From Schmidtea polychroa (Eukaryota): DNA of 64,000 nt. Below, one piece after another: positions 27,064 to 39,300 of the stretch. A program made the position numbers and the translations under genes. A model generated the notes under the pieces. The model did not search any database. It was given only the letters and a program-made list of their open reading frames with translations, and was not told the DNA's origin. Where the stretch lies: NCBI GenBank assembly GCA_044892525.1, contig CM097885.1, positions 3,350,001-3,414,000 of the forward strand, given 5' to 3'. How positions within the stretch are numbered: position 1 is the stretch's first letter; each line of letters begins with the position of its first letter.

Positions 27064-28442
27064 ATGTCTTATTGGAAATGTGAAATTTGTAATTGTCAAG
27101 TTAGAAAACATCATAAAGCAAGTCATGTTAAAACTAAAAAACATACATCTCGAGTGGGAGGAGACCTTCAATCTTCAAAAACAACATCTTCAATATTAAA
27201 ACCCTTTACTACAGAAAAATATCCAGGTGAAAGACATTTATTTAAACACAACTATACTGGACCTGGAACACGTCTAGATATTAGATTAGATGAAAATAAT
27301 AATCCAAAACCCGGAGAAGAACCAATAAATAGAATTGATCAAGCAACTTTAAAACATGATATTGCTTACAATTCTGAAGATATTAGAGATAGACATGTTG
27401 CTTATGTTAATTTAATACATGATTTAAATAATATCCAAAACCCATCAACCCAAGAAAAGATTCAAAGAGCTCTAGTTAAATTAGCAATGAAAGGTAAGAT
27501 CTTTTTTGGAGCCGGAGCCACCTTTGGAGCCGGACACCCTAGAATAGCAAAAGATGTTGCTAATAAAAAGATTATTCAACAAGCAGAGATTGAGAATCAA
27601 CTCGAGAGTGCATCCAAGACTAGTTTATTATTCCCAACAGAATCACAAATAAAATATGCCAACGAATTGCACCATGAATTTAGAAAAAATAAAAAATATT
27701 TAAAAGTTCAAGTACATGAAAAAGATCATACTTGGTCTGCTGATTTAGTCTTTATGCCAACAAAATCATCAGACCCTGAAAAATATAAAATAATTTTAAC
27801 AGTAATAGATTTATATACGAGATTGGCTTTTGCAAATGTTTAGAAACCAAAACAGGATATTCAATTACAGAAGCATTTGAAAATATATTTGAAGAACATC
27901 AAAGAATTCCAAAATATTTATGGTGTGATAAAGGAACAGAATTTTATAACAAAGTTTTTACAAAGTTTTTAAATGAAAATGATATTAAATTATATTCAAC
28001 AGAAAACGAAGGAAAAGCAGTCGTATTTGAAAGATTAAATTGAACATTAAAAAATAAAATGTGGAAATATTTTACTGCTATTGGAAAACAAAAATGGAAC
28101 AATGAATTGTTACAAAAGATTGTAAATGAATATAATAATGATGTACATAGTTCTATAAAATCAACACCTTTAAATGCTTCCTTGAATCCTTTAAAACTTA
28201 TAAATCCTGAAGCCGTTAAACTGGTAAATGAAAAACCAAAGTTTAAAATTGGTGATCGAGTAAGAATATTTAAATATAAAAATAAATTTGAAAAAGGATT
28301 CACAGCAAAATGGACAAATGAAATTTTTATTATAAATAAAATACATTATACAATTCCAATAACATATGGTATCATCGATGAAAATAATGAAAAAATATTA
28401 GGTAGATTTTATAATAATGAACTACAGAAAACAGATTTCTAA
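27064..28442 (+). pseudogene. C2H2 zinc finger + parvovirus-type PLA2 + retroviral-like integrase fusion; frameshift near 27841 and stop near 28041
   Basis: CEIC..H..H; HNYTGPGT and LKHDIAY; WSADL..VIDLYTR, LWCDKGTEFYN, ERLN*TL, FKIGDRVRI..FEKGFTAKWTNEIF. Confidence 0.88.
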
Positions 28443-28453
28443 GTCGACAAGCT

Positions 28454-29239
28454 CTAAAATAAACATTTCCATATTTCACCTTCTTCTCTATCCAAATAAA
28501 TATAATTATATTTTTCTTTCCAATGATTATCTGCAAACATATCAAACATACTCTTATCAGGTTCAACATTTGAAAATAAATCACTATAAATCATATTCTT
28601 ATCACGCTTTTCTAATTTAAAAAATGTAAAACAATTAGAATTATTTCTTATTGAGTTTTTATCCAAAGCATAATAAGTTTGAGAAATATAAATAACATTA
28701 CAATTATTATGTCGACCTCGTGTAAAATAACTCTTTTGAATCTCTTGATTTTTCATATTAACAACATCATCAAATATAACTAGATTCTTTTTATCTTTAG
28801 GAAGTAAATCACAATGTAAAACATCTTCAGGTTTATTAGAGAATAAAACTTTAATCCATTCATTTTCAGAAATGTAATCATTTTTATTATCAATATCTGA
28901 TTCTAAAATAGTTTCCTTGTACCAATCAATCATATCACAAGGTTGAAAAACCTCATCAGGACATCTATGTTGATTTTTAAAAATATCAATTATAGCTTTT
29001 TTAGTTAATTTAATTTCAAATCCACATTTCAAAAGTTGTAATTCTGGTTGATTTATGGTTGTAGAATAAAAGATTAAATTATTATAATCTAAAAAACCAT
29101 CCTCGAGTAATATTCTCAAAAGAAGTACATTCTTTCCACATCCAGAAGACCCAAAGATTAATAATCTAAAATTATCAGGAAATAATTTATTATTAAATTT
29201 ACTCTTGTGCCGAGTTAAAATTGGTTTCCAAGTATCCAT
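28454..29239 (-). CDS. A32/FtsK-like genome packaging ATPase, element D
   Basis: Walker A GSSGCGKN, Walker B LVIFDD, FTRGRHNN..YISQ motif. Confidence 0.92.
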   Translation of the reverse strand: MDTWKPILTRHKSKFNNKLFPDNFRLLIFGSSGCGKNVLLLRILLEDGFLDYNNLIFYSTTINQPELQLLKCGFEIKLTKKAIIDIFKNQHRCPDEVFQPCDMIDWYKETILESDIDNKNDYISENEWIKVLFSNKPEDVLHCDLLPKDKKNLVIFDDVVNMKNQEIQKSYFTRGRHNNCNVIYISQTYYALDKNSIRNNSNCFTFFKLEKRDKNMIYSDLFSNVEPDKSMFDMFADNHWKEKYNYIYLDREEGEIWKCLF

Positions 29240-29255
29240 TTTTATTTATTATAAA

Positions 29256-29780
29256 ATGACAACTGAAGAATCTTTACAAGAATTAATAAATTCAAATAAA
29301 AATAAATCAGTAGTAATGGATGGAAAAAAATATTTTATTGGAAAACATGTAAAAGAACAGGTTAAAGAAAGACTGAAGACTGGAGGGATTCTTCCCCTAA
29401 TGGCTTTAATACCTGCAATCATTGCAGGTTTATCAGGTGCTGCTGGAATAGCTGGAGGAATTGCAACTACAGTTCAAAAAGCTAAAGAATCTCAAAAGAC
29501 AGACCTAGAAAAAGAAAAATTACAAACTGAAATCGATTCAATGAAAAAGAAGAGTAAGGGGCTATATCTCAATCCTTATAAAGGTCGAGGTTTATATCTC
29601 GATCCATATAAAGGTAGAGGTTTAAATGATTTTTTAAAAAATCAAATTTCTACATCTTCATCTTCATCTTCAAAAGATAAAGATGATTTAAAAAAAATAT
29701 GTAAATCTTTAAAGAATGGATGCCTCTGTAAAACTAAAAATGGTAAAGGGTTGTATTTAAAACCATTTAAGGAACAATAA
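29256..29780 (+). CDS. Putative virion core/membrane-active protein
   Basis: GG followed by hydrophobic ILPLMALIPAIIAGL (adenain-like site) and three GxGLYLxP repeats. Confidence 0.6.
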   Translation: MTTEESLQELINSNKNKSVVMDGKKYFIGKHVKEQVKERLKTGGILPLMALIPAIIAGLSGAAGIAGGIATTVQKAKESQKTDLEKEKLQTEIDSMKKKSKGLYLNPYKGRGLYLDPYKGRGLNDFLKNQISTSSSSSSKDKDDLKKICKSLKNGCLCKTKNGKGLYLKPFKEQ

Positions 29781-29793
29781 ATTGTACATAAAA

Positions 29794-30558
29794 ATGGTAT
29801 ATGAAGAAAGATTAGCACTTTTAAAAAAATTACAATCAGAACAAGACAAGTATAATATAAAAGATATAACCCAACATAGTGAATCTATAACAGCAAATGA
29901 AGAAATGACACAACAACAACAACCAACAATTAAAGCTATAGAATCTCTAAAATCTAAAGAGGTGGTAGATAAGAGTCCAAGGACTAATGAATTGGAGTGG
30001 CATGAAGATGAAATGATTATAAAACCTCTTAAAGTTGATCCTAAAATTAGAGAGGGGTTAAGTGAAACAATTAGGCCCACATTTCAGATTAATGCTAAAG
30101 GATATCAAATAATAACAATTAATAAACAAAACTTTATTTTAGGTATATTTGAAGATAAACCACATTTTCGTTCACAAAATCTTTATAATAATGAATATTT
30201 AGACTTTGAATTTACAGATGATTTTTATAAATTAATTTGTGGATATCCTTCAGATGATATTAAAGAAATTGAAAAATATTTAGATTTTATAAAAATAATA
30301 GGAGGTAGTTCAAAAGCAAAATATATTCAAGATTTAAAGAATTATTTAAATAAAAATGAAAAGGGTTATATTGTTAAAGAAGGTGATAGACTAGAGGGAA
30401 AAGATTTCATCAGTCTTTTTATAGAATTGAGAAAACTATTAGCTGCTAAAAAAGCAGGACATAATAATTTAAATTCTGATATTTTAAAGATTTCAAAAGA
30501 TTTATTTAAACAAGGAATAATTTCAAAAGATAAATTTAATAAATATACAAATGACTAG
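29794..30558 (+). CDS. Polinton protein of unknown function
   Basis: Intact ORF in the morphogenesis block; C-terminal LRKLLAAKKAGHNN motif. Confidence 0.65.
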   Translation: MVYEERLALLKKLQSEQDKYNIKDITQHSESITANEEMTQQQQPTIKAIESLKSKEVVDKSPRTNELEWHEDEMIIKPLKVDPKIREGLSETIRPTFQINAKGYQIITINKQNFILGIFEDKPHFRSQNLYNNEYLDFEFTDDFYKLICGYPSDDIKEIEKYLDFIKIIGGSSKAKYIQDLKNYLNKNEKGYIVKEGDRLEGKDFISLFIELRKLLAAKKAGHNNLNSDILKISKDLFKQGIISKDKFNKYTND

Positions 30559-30979
30559 CATATTAGATTTTTTAAAAACATTTGGAATAAATGCAAAAAC
30601 AAATTTTGATTTAAAAGATTATGCAGATTATTTAAATTTAAAAATTAAAATATTAATGAATGATGAATTGTCAAGTCTGAAAGGACTAAAGGATAATATA
30701 ATAATCAATTATGAAAATTCAAATGAAAAAGGATGTCATTAGGTTTGTATATATAATAAATCTATATACTTTGATTCTTTTGGGATTAAACCCACTAAAG
30801 AAGTAGAAGACTATCTTGAAAAAGGCTACACCTATAATTCTTTACAAGTTCAACCTAATAATACTAAAATATGTGGTATTACAAGTTTATATGTTTTGTA
30901 TAGATTGAATGCGTCCAAAGGAGAGGGCTTTGAATCTATAATCCAAGAAATTTATAAAGATTTAAAACCTCTATTATAA
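30551..30979 (+). pseudogene. Adenain-like cysteine protease with a premature stop (TGG to TAG)
   Basis: GCH*VC, YFDSFG and QVQ...ICG continue in the same frame past the stop at 30740-30742. Confidence 0.85.
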
Positions 30980-31017
30980 AAATGGAAGATAATTTAAAAA
31001 AAATGGTCAGATAAATA

Positions 31018-31740
31018 ATGTCAGATAAATATTCAAGAAGTTTATTAATAAATTCAAATGAATCAGATTTTAGTATAAATTTTGAAGATTCAATAAATTT
31101 AGATCAAAATTTAAATTATGAATTAGGACTCTTGTGGTTTAGCTGCTTTAATACTATTTTTAATATAAATATTATTAATAATAAATTTGATATATTTAAG
31201 AGGGATATTAACCCCAAGTCAGTAGTTGAAGACCGCGAGACTATAGTAATCGAACCAGGATCATATGAAATAGTAGATTTAGCTAAAATAATTCCAAAAA
31301 AAACAAATGGAGCTGTAGAAATAAAAGCAGATATTCAAACTTCAAAATGTGTTGCAACTTTAAAAATTTATGGACTTGATGTTGATGCGTCTAGTTTCTT
31401 TCATACTATTTTAGGTTTTGAAGTCGGAAAATATAGACAATCACCTATTAAATCTAAAAATATTATACAAATAACAAATATAAATTCTATAAATATAGAG
31501 TGTGATTGTATAATGGGATCATACAATAATGGTAAACATGCAAATATTTTATATTCCTTTCCTTCCAATGTTGTTCGAGTTGGATATAAAATGGTTGAAA
31601 GAATGAATCCTCCAAATTATTTACCTTTATGTAGAAAAAACCTAATGGATATTCATTTTAGAATTGTTGATGAAAATGGAGAATTAATAAATTTTAATGG
31701 AGAAAAGATTTCAATGTGTTTACATTTGAAACAAGTTTAG
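31018..31740 (+). CDS. Minor capsid (penton-like) protein, element D
   Basis: YELGL..FNTIFNI, IEPGSYEI, INIECDCI.GSY.NG, YLPL..I.DENGELINFNGE motifs. Confidence 0.8.
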   Translation: MSDKYSRSLLINSNESDFSINFEDSINLDQNLNYELGLLWFSCFNTIFNINIINNKFDIFKRDINPKSVVEDRETIVIEPGSYEIVDLAKIIPKKTNGAVEIKADIQTSKCVATLKIYGLDVDASSFFHTILGFEVGKYRQSPIKSKNIIQITNINSINIECDCIMGSYNNGKHANILYSFPSNVVRVGYKMVERMNPPNYLPLCRKNLMDIHFRIVDENGELINFNGEKISMCLHLKQV

Positions 31741-31749
31741 ACTATAAAA

Positions 31750-32664
31750 ATGAATTATAATAAATTAGGATTATATAATGATGGATTAAAAGATGAAGAT
31801 GTTATAAACCTTACAGAAAAAAGATTTGTTAATGAAGTAGGAGATTCAATGAAGGGAGATTTAAATTTAAATGCTCACAAGATAAAAGATTTAGGTCCTC
31901 CGATTGATGACTTTGATGCAACTAATAAAAAATATGTAGATGAAAAACTTGAGTCTCTTAAATCGAGTAAGCTTAATAATATCGAACAACGATTAAATGA
32001 AGAAACTCAAAGGTTAACTGACACAATATCAATTTTAAAAAATAAAAGACTTATGCATAAACAACTTATGGATAATAAAATTAATACAATATATAATATA
32101 ATAAATGAGATGATTACATCATTTAATGTAAGACTTGTTAAATTAGAGTCTCATACAACACACATTAACACAACACACACTATTAGAAAAAGAGCTGCTG
32201 AATTAGAACAGAATAATACATTATTACCCAATAGATATAAACATTTTTTAGAACCAACTTTAATAATAACAAATAGTAAAGAATGGTCTTGTTTTATGGT
32301 TTTAAAGATTATTGATCCTTATTTCTTTTTATTTAATGATGATGATGAGACAATGAAATGGTTTGTAAAATGTGATTATAATAGTAAGTTTGAAAAGGAT
32401 GAAGTTATAATAACTGGTTATGATTTAACACATGGATATTGGCATGATAAAACTGATTCACATAAAATACATAAAGTTAAAAGTAAGAATATTATTTTTA
32501 AAAGCACACTTGTAAGTTATATAGATTTAATATTTTATGAAAAAAAGGTTGATGTTGATGAAGTTCGTAAAGCGTTGATAGAATTGTATAAAGATATTCT
32601 CTCAAAAAGAGCTTCTTATGATATTCGAGTGTTGGTACCAGATAATAAAGTCTTATTTTTTTAA
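31750..32664 (+). CDS. Fibre-like protein
   Basis: GDSMKGDLNL..HKI.DLG.P.DD.DATNKKYVD fibre motif followed by a coiled coil. Confidence 0.65.
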   Translation: MNYNKLGLYNDGLKDEDVINLTEKRFVNEVGDSMKGDLNLNAHKIKDLGPPIDDFDATNKKYVDEKLESLKSSKLNNIEQRLNEETQRLTDTISILKNKRLMHKQLMDNKINTIYNIINEMITSFNVRLVKLESHTTHINTTHTIRKRAAELEQNNTLLPNRYKHFLEPTLIITNSKEWSCFMVLKIIDPYFFLFNDDDETMKWFVKCDYNSKFEKDEVIITGYDLTHGYWHDKTDSHKIHKVKSKNIIFKSTLVSYIDLIFYEKKVDVDEVRKALIELYKDILSKRASYDIRVLVPDNKVLFF

Positions 32665-32672
32665 TTATTAAA

Positions 32673-33148
32673 ATGGAAGTACAATATCCAAAGATTCCAT
32701 CAGCTCCTACAGAACTTGAAGTCATGAGAGTGAAAGAATTTAAATCAGAAACCTTACATTTACAAGACTTGTTGAAGCATTATAAAAAAATTAAAAAAAG
32801 ATGGAATAAAGGGAATACAGCTTTAAAGATTATTACTCCTTAGGATTTACATCTGCAATACTTACAATTATTTTACCTATAACTTTACCGGCTATTACTT
32901 TTGCACCTGTAATACTTGAAGTATTTCTGTTGCAGATTCTTTCTTGACTGAAATACTTTCTTTATCTTATACTTCAAAAAAGAAAAGTTTATATCGTGAA
33001 GTTTGTCTGACAATCGACTTGGGGATATCAAAATTATTTTAATTTCAATTAAAAGCTTTGGAAGATGGAATCCTAACAGATGAAGAAATAATGAAATCAA
33101 ATCAAATAATAAGGGATATTAAAAATGAAGTTATAAAGTTGAAAACTT
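32673..33148 (+). pseudogene. Frameshifted membrane protein with an N-terminal YPKIPSAP motif
   Basis: ATG at 32673, basic helix, then a hydrophobic stretch broken by frameshifts. Confidence 0.5.
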
Positions 33149-33557
33149 CAGGTCACCGCCAGCACAAAGACATTTTTTACCCCACCCCCCCCCCCCGGCC
33201 GGAAAAAAAAAAAATTTTTTTTTCAACTTGAGAACAAAGACATATGACTCATCCGATGACTCATCAAGCATTCAAGGTCGACTTGAGAACAAAGACATAT
33301 GACTCATCAAGCATTCAAGGTAGACTTGAGAACAAAGACATATGACTCATCAATGATATATAATTATCATTATTTTTAAAAATATTATTATTTCTAATGT
33401 CTTTGTGCTCGCGGTGACCTAATATTTGGCCTGCCAAAAGTTATCGTTCCCATCAACTTATTTCATCGATCGATAGCTTATTTTGAAGCTTGGTGCCAGA
33501 CCTTTCGAATGAGCTATTGTTGTTATCACCATCTTTATTATTAACATTTTCCCAAGA

Positions 33558-33614
<57 letters not shown>

Positions 33615-33784
33615 ATGATGATTGCTTGGTAGCAGCATTTATTATTTAAAACAATAAAATGATAATTTAAGCCTTTTGCTGCAAATAATGTATTTAATGA
33701 AAGAATTTTCGACTATACGATAGTCCTTGTCAATCTCCTTATTATTATTATTATTATTATTAATATTATTATTATTAATATCAA

Positions 33785-33905
<121 letters not shown>

Positions 33906-34324
33906 GTTATTATTATGAATATTAATCTATATACTCCGAGTTTATCCGACAAAATATTTTATCCCCCTATGGGTAATGCTCAAAAGGGTACTGCCCCGAG
34001 TTTATCCGACAAAATATTTTCTCCCCCTATGGGTACGGCTCACAAGACTTTGTTTAAATCGTTGATTATATTATTTTTTTGTTTTAATTATCAATTACAT
34101 AATAATTTCGTTTTGTTTAAATCGTTGATTATATTATTTTTTTTGTTTAAATTATCGATTTTGTAATTATTTAATTTATCATTATTATTGGGAAAGATAT
34201 TAACACCCGCGCGGAATATTTTCAAAATTATTATTATTATTTTCAAAGTCTTAATCAATATTATTATTATTATTATTATTATTACTATTATTATTATTAT
34301 TATGATTATTATTATTATTATTAT

Positions 34325-34361
<37 letters not shown>

Positions 34362-34366
34362 ATTAA

Positions 34367-34460
<94 letters not shown>

Positions 34461-34802
34461 GTTAGTATTAATCTATATACTCCGAGTTTATCCGACAAAA
34501 TATTTTGTCCCCCTATGGGTATTGCTCATATGGGTAATGGTCAAAAGTGTACTGCTCACATTCAACATGTCTCAAAGGGCATAATATAATTATTATTAAA
34601 TTCTGACCAACTTAAATCAATGAAGGGGTAGAACAAAAATATATAACGTTGCGGTATTTTAAATTTAAAAATATTTTAAAAACTTATTTTGACACTAAAG
34701 TTTACTTATTTAACAAAGACATAATTATTGCACATGCCTTGCATAAATATTATTATTTTTTAAATTTTCAATATTTCTTTTAAAGTCTTAACACGCGCGG
34801 AA

Positions 34803-34833
<31 letters not shown>

Positions 34834-34981
34834 GTGAAAAATCTAAAATATTTTCTACACACACACACAACCCATTAAACTTTATTATTATTATTATCTA
34901 TATTATGATTATTATCAATATCAGTCAAAAACCTAAAATATTTTTTACACACATATACAACTCATTAAACTTTATTATTAA

Positions 34982-35035
<54 letters not shown>

Positions 35036-35141
35036 GAGTATTAATCTATATACTCCGAGTTTATCCGACAAAATATTTTATCCCCTTATGGGTAATGCTC
35101 ACAAGGGTATTATTAAACAAATCAACAAAACATACATTTAT

Positions 35142-35640
35142 TTAAACAATAAAATAATGTAAAATTAACAAAAGTAAACTAAATATTGATGTACTACTAT
35201 TCGCAGCATTATTGTTTGAAATTGGTAACGTCGAATTGATTTTCAGATATTCTATTGATCCTTTGATTGTTTGAATTTCTCTTAATAATAAAAATCTTTT
35301 TTAACAAATAATCATGCTTCTTATCAATAATTTTCATATTCTTTTTATTTTCAACAATAGAGTTATTGTAAACTTCAATATGATCAATCAATTTAATTTT
35401 TATATTTTGTATATATGCAAATGATAGTTCATAACTGTTTTCTAAATTCTCCAATCTTTGAGATATTCTTTTTCCTGGATGCTTTGACCATTTTGGTTTG
35501 TCGAGAATATATAAAATATCCATCAACTTGGCTGTATTCGGACAAACACATATTGATTTATTAAAAGACTCCACTGTTATTGTTGTATTGTGTGAGTACA
35601 CACTCGTTATAATAATTAGCAATATGAATATAGTTTTCAT
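35142..35640 (-). pseudogene. Secreted/GPI-like coiled-coil protein, frameshifted copy
   Basis: Matches 45758-46258 until a small deletion near 35295. Confidence 0.75.
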
Positions 35641-35745
35641 TGTGTATCAAATCAAAGCCTTTCTTTTACATTTATAGCCTATCAACCAATCAAAATCATA
35701 CGGTATTAGTATAAATAAAACATCATATTTAAAATCATTGTAGAA

Positions 35746-36260
35746 ATGTCTCATTTTATGGAAAATCTTTTATGCGAAATTATAAACAAGAACATTTTGG
35801 AAAGCCTGAGTTTCCTAGTGGACCGGACCGAAAAGATAATCGAAGGAAATCATATCGATTATCAGGATATGATCAATTCCGAGTGCCTGGAAACGAAAAA
35901 ATTCTATTTTCATAGGATTTTTAACTGCCTATGTGACGATGAGATGAATTGGACCCGAATACTAGTAGGGTTCGCTTATATGAAGATAATCATAGAAAAA
36001 AGTTTTTGGGACTCGGAACATTATTATCAGTGGTCTCAAGAAGTAATACTTTTATAATCTATATTTTATTAATATTTATGTTCTAGATAATCAAGTCAAA
36101 GTTTCAACCATGGATTGAAGCCAATGGCGGATGGGGCGTACTGAATCAACTCGCCAGAAATGCGAAGGAAATAGATCAACAGAAAATCAAATTTAAAAAC
36201 TATATAAAACTTGCAACAGGTGTTGCTATTTTTTATGTTTTATGCCGGTTTTTTAAATAA
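35746..36260 (+). CDS. Bcl-2 family protein; exons 35746-36042 and 36087-36260
   Basis: BH1 DDEMNWTRILVGFAY, BH2 PWIEANGGWG, hydrophobic tail; 44-nt GT-AG intron. Confidence 0.85.
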
Positions 36261-36337
36261 AAATTAATATAGTTATTTTGTTTGATTTTTAAATAAAAGT
36301 TTAAATAAGTTTACAAACAATAATTAACTAAAATTTA

Positions 36338-36735
36338 TTAATTAACACATTCACAGTCGTCATCTCCACATTTCATTATATTTTCAACGACATGATCAAT
36401 ACAATCATTCGTAATATTATCTTTAGGTTCATCTTTAGGTTCCTCTATAGGTTCCTCTATAGGTTCATCTATAGGTTCATCTATAGGTTCATAGATTTCC
36501 TCATCAATTTCTTGAGTATCAGTTTCTTGAGTTTCTTCATCATCATCAAATCCTGTATCTTGACTCTCAACTATCCATCCAATATTTAAGGCATTTGTAA
36601 TAGATAATATGTCCTCAATTTTCACACCAGCTATTTCTGCTAACTTTTCCAACAAAACGTTGATTAAAAATTCTAAATAATAAATAATTCGGTAATTAAT
36701 TAATCATGTTAACCTTTTTCTGCAGTCATTTTCAT
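36338..36735 (-). CDS. Small acidic protein with EPI(D/E) repeats, two exons
   Basis: Paralogue of 46956-47329 with two more repeat units. Confidence 0.7.
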
Positions 36736-36862
36736 CACTTTAAAGCTATATTTTAAGTTTGTTTATAGATTTTCTTTGTTAAATATGCATGTCATTTGCA
36801 TTTATGTTGCTATTAATAAAGAGAAAAAACAAATATGACTAATACATTTAATAAATATAACA

Positions 36863-37273
36863 TTAAAATATTTGTGATAGTCTAGCAGACATAATTTTCC
36901 AAATAGGAGAATATACATCATTATTATCAACTTTATATCCCTGGATTGCAATTGTTATATACCAATTTTCATTTTCTTTGAAAGCGATTTCATCAAAAGC
37001 ATCATAAAATCTTGCATATCTATTGTTGAACCAGGCATGTTGATTACATGATAGATTCGAATCTATCCGTTTAAAAACATCATCAATAGTTTTGACATCA
37101 ATCATTGAAAGCGTGCCGAATAAGAATTGAAATTTAGTTTGAATTAGCTTGACTGGTGCAACCAATTTCATATTGATTTCTTCTTTTAAAAAATACATTT
37201 TGTAGTTGTGGAACATTTGAACTGGTTGTACCATTTCTTTAGGTTTTTCGGTGCATGAAATTTTCTTGGTCAT
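36863..37273 (-). CDS. Hypothetical 136-aa protein
   Basis: Intact ORF conserved with 47456-47866. Confidence 0.75.
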   Translation of the reverse strand: MTKKISCTEKPKEMVQPVQMFHNYKMYFLKEEINMKLVAPVKLIQTKFQFLFGTLSMIDVKTIDDVFKRIDSNLSCNQHAWFNNRYARFYDAFDEIAFKENENWYITIAIQGYKVDNNDVYSPIWKIMSARLSQIF

Positions 37274-37629
37274 AGTGAATAATGATTAAATTGAAATGTT
37301 ACAGGGTTTTTATACCTTTGACTAATGCCTATCAACCAATCATATTATAGCATGTCTTTGTTTAAGTTTGCATGTCATTTGCATTAATGCTGCATTTATG
37401 TTCTATTAATGTGACATATTATTATAAATGTTTTATTATTAATGTTTTATTATTATTACTATTTCTATTATTATTTCTATTATTATTATTACTATTACTA
37501 TTTATATTATTATTTCTATTATTACTATTTCTATTATTATTATTTCTATTATTATTATTATTATTATTACTATTATTACTATTATTATTTATTACTATTT
37601 CAAATATAAAAAAAACACAAAAAATACAT

Positions 37630-38046
37630 TTATTGATATCCTAAATCAACCATCCGGGAGTAGTGAAACCTTCTCAGAGTTTTCACTAACTCCCATCCGA
37701 CATATCGCCGATATCGATCGGCACAACATGAGCATCCCATGATGCATTGATACTCCGGTTCCATTTGCTTCATGGTCCTGTTGATCTTTATATCCCATAA
37801 GACTTGATGGAATACCTCCATGATTCCAATTTGAGTTGAATAAAAAATCAAATCAGGGATGATTTCCGGTTCCCGATCCTTGATTACTTCAGCAATTTGA
37901 GGATAATAATATTTTATCCTATTGATCATGACTTCTAAATATTTTTCTAAAATAATAAATATAAAAAATGACAAAATAAAAATTTTAAATTTACCATAAT
38001 CGTCAATATCTTTCATCAGATTCGCGGCGCTCGGAATTTTGTACAT
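37630..38046 (-). CDS. Hypothetical protein with a CxxxCxCC motif; probable in-frame intron
   Basis: Paralogue of 48146-48563. Confidence 0.7.
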   Translation of the reverse strand: MYKIPSAANLMKDIDDYGKFKIFILSFFIFIILEKYLEVMINRIKYYYPQIAEVIKDREPEIIPDLIFYSTQIGIMEVFHQVLWDIKINRTMKQMEPEYQCIMGCSCCADRYRRYVGWELVKTLRRFHYSRMVDLGYQ

Positions 38047-38118
38047 AGTGAAATAAATGAATCCTAAACAAAAAACCGTTTGTTTAAATCAATCAATAAC
38101 CAATTAGAAATTAACCAA

Positions 38119-38556
38119 TTAGAAATCGACCAATGAAATTATCTCATTTCGAACATTGTCAACAAATTCTCTATACTCCAAATTTCTCAACCCCAACATG
38201 ACAACCTTTCCACTAGCAAACACGTTGACACATATAGGGTTATATTTTAATAGTCTTAGTGCCAGAAACAATTCCGGTTCAAACATACAATCATATTTTT
38301 TCGACATGTTATATAGATTGATACTATGTCCCATATCCATAGTAACGGTAATTGATTGGATTATAATATTATTTATTCGATATTGTAATTTATTAATATC
38401 CAAAGGTTTCTTACATCCCATGATTCTGCATTTACCAGTCTTGAAAAATATTATCGGATATTTCCCGCTTCTATCGATAATTTGCTGGGGTTTCCCTGGT
38501 GGGAACCTCATATTCGATACATCAAAATTTCCTCGATAATTTATATTTGCTAACAT
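38119..38556 (-). CDS. TATA-binding-protein-like, element A copy
   Basis: IFFKTGKCRIMG and FEPELFLAL..VFASGKVVMLG; the conserved Pro is Leu in this copy. Confidence 0.85.
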   Translation of the reverse strand: MLANINYRGNFDVSNMRFPPGKPQQIIDRSGKYPIIFFKTGKCRIMGCKKPLDINKLQYRINNIIIQSITVTMDMGHSINLYNMSKKYDCMFEPELFLALRLLKYNPICVNVFASGKVVMLGLRNLEYREFVDNVRNEIISLVDF

Positions 38557-38655
38557 TATTAAATCATTTATGAAAATTAGTCTTTATATACAAATTGAGC
38601 ACGAGTTCATTAAATCATCGAATATAAACAAATACACATTTATAAAATTTTTGAA

Positions 38656-39282
38656 ATGGAATTAAGAAATGATGCAATATACCAAATCGTTGGTCCGAGT
38701 GGTAGTGGAAAAACATTATTTGTTTGTAAATTACTAAAATCAAATTTATTCAAATCAAAATTCAACAGGATTTATTGGTATATGGGTGCGGATGAAGAAC
38801 ATGGATTAACTCAATCAAGTTTCTGTAAATTAAAAAACATGAAAATAGTAAAGGGATTCGATAAAAACTGGTCCAGCCGATTAAAGAAAGGTGATGTCAT
38901 TATTATCGATGATTTGTATCAAGAAGCTAATAAAGAAAAAGATTTTAATAATTTATTTACAAAGATCAGCAGACATGTCGGTGTAACAGTTATTTTCATA
39001 ACACAAAATCTATTTCATCAAGGTGGGGCACATCGAACACGTAATTTAAATGTACAATATTTAGTTATTTTCAAGAATCCTAGAGACGCAACAGTGATTG
39101 ATTTTCTTGCACGTCAAGCATACACTAACAATCGTAATTTTCTTATCAGTGCATTTCAAGATGCTACAAAAATACCTCATGGATATATATTTCTTGATTT
39201 CACACAACAATGTCCCGATGATTTACGAGTAAAAATAGATATTTTCAACCCAAAAGGTGCCATGGTTTATAAACAAAGTTGA
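38656..39282 (+). CDS. Packaging ATPase, element A
   Basis: GPSGSGKT, IIIDD, SRH..ITQN, FKNPRD. Confidence 0.93.
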   Translation: MELRNDAIYQIVGPSGSGKTLFVCKLLKSNLFKSKFNRIYWYMGADEEHGLTQSSFCKLKNMKIVKGFDKNWSSRLKKGDVIIIDDLYQEANKEKDFNNLFTKISRHVGVTVIFITQNLFHQGGAHRTRNLNVQYLVIFKNPRDATVIDFLARQAYTNNRNFLISAFQDATKIPHGYIFLDFTQQCPDDLRVKIDIFNPKGAMVYKQS

Positions 39283-39300
39283 AAACCTCTATGAATAATA

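Larger units (their letters stand above)
24679..33148 (+). mobile_element. Polinton/adintovirus-like element D; left end present, right part including pPolB missing
   Basis: AGTAGTAG terminus, subterminal repeats, then capsid, integrase, ATPase, protease and fibre genes; ends abruptly at a different TIR-like sequence. Confidence 0.9.
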
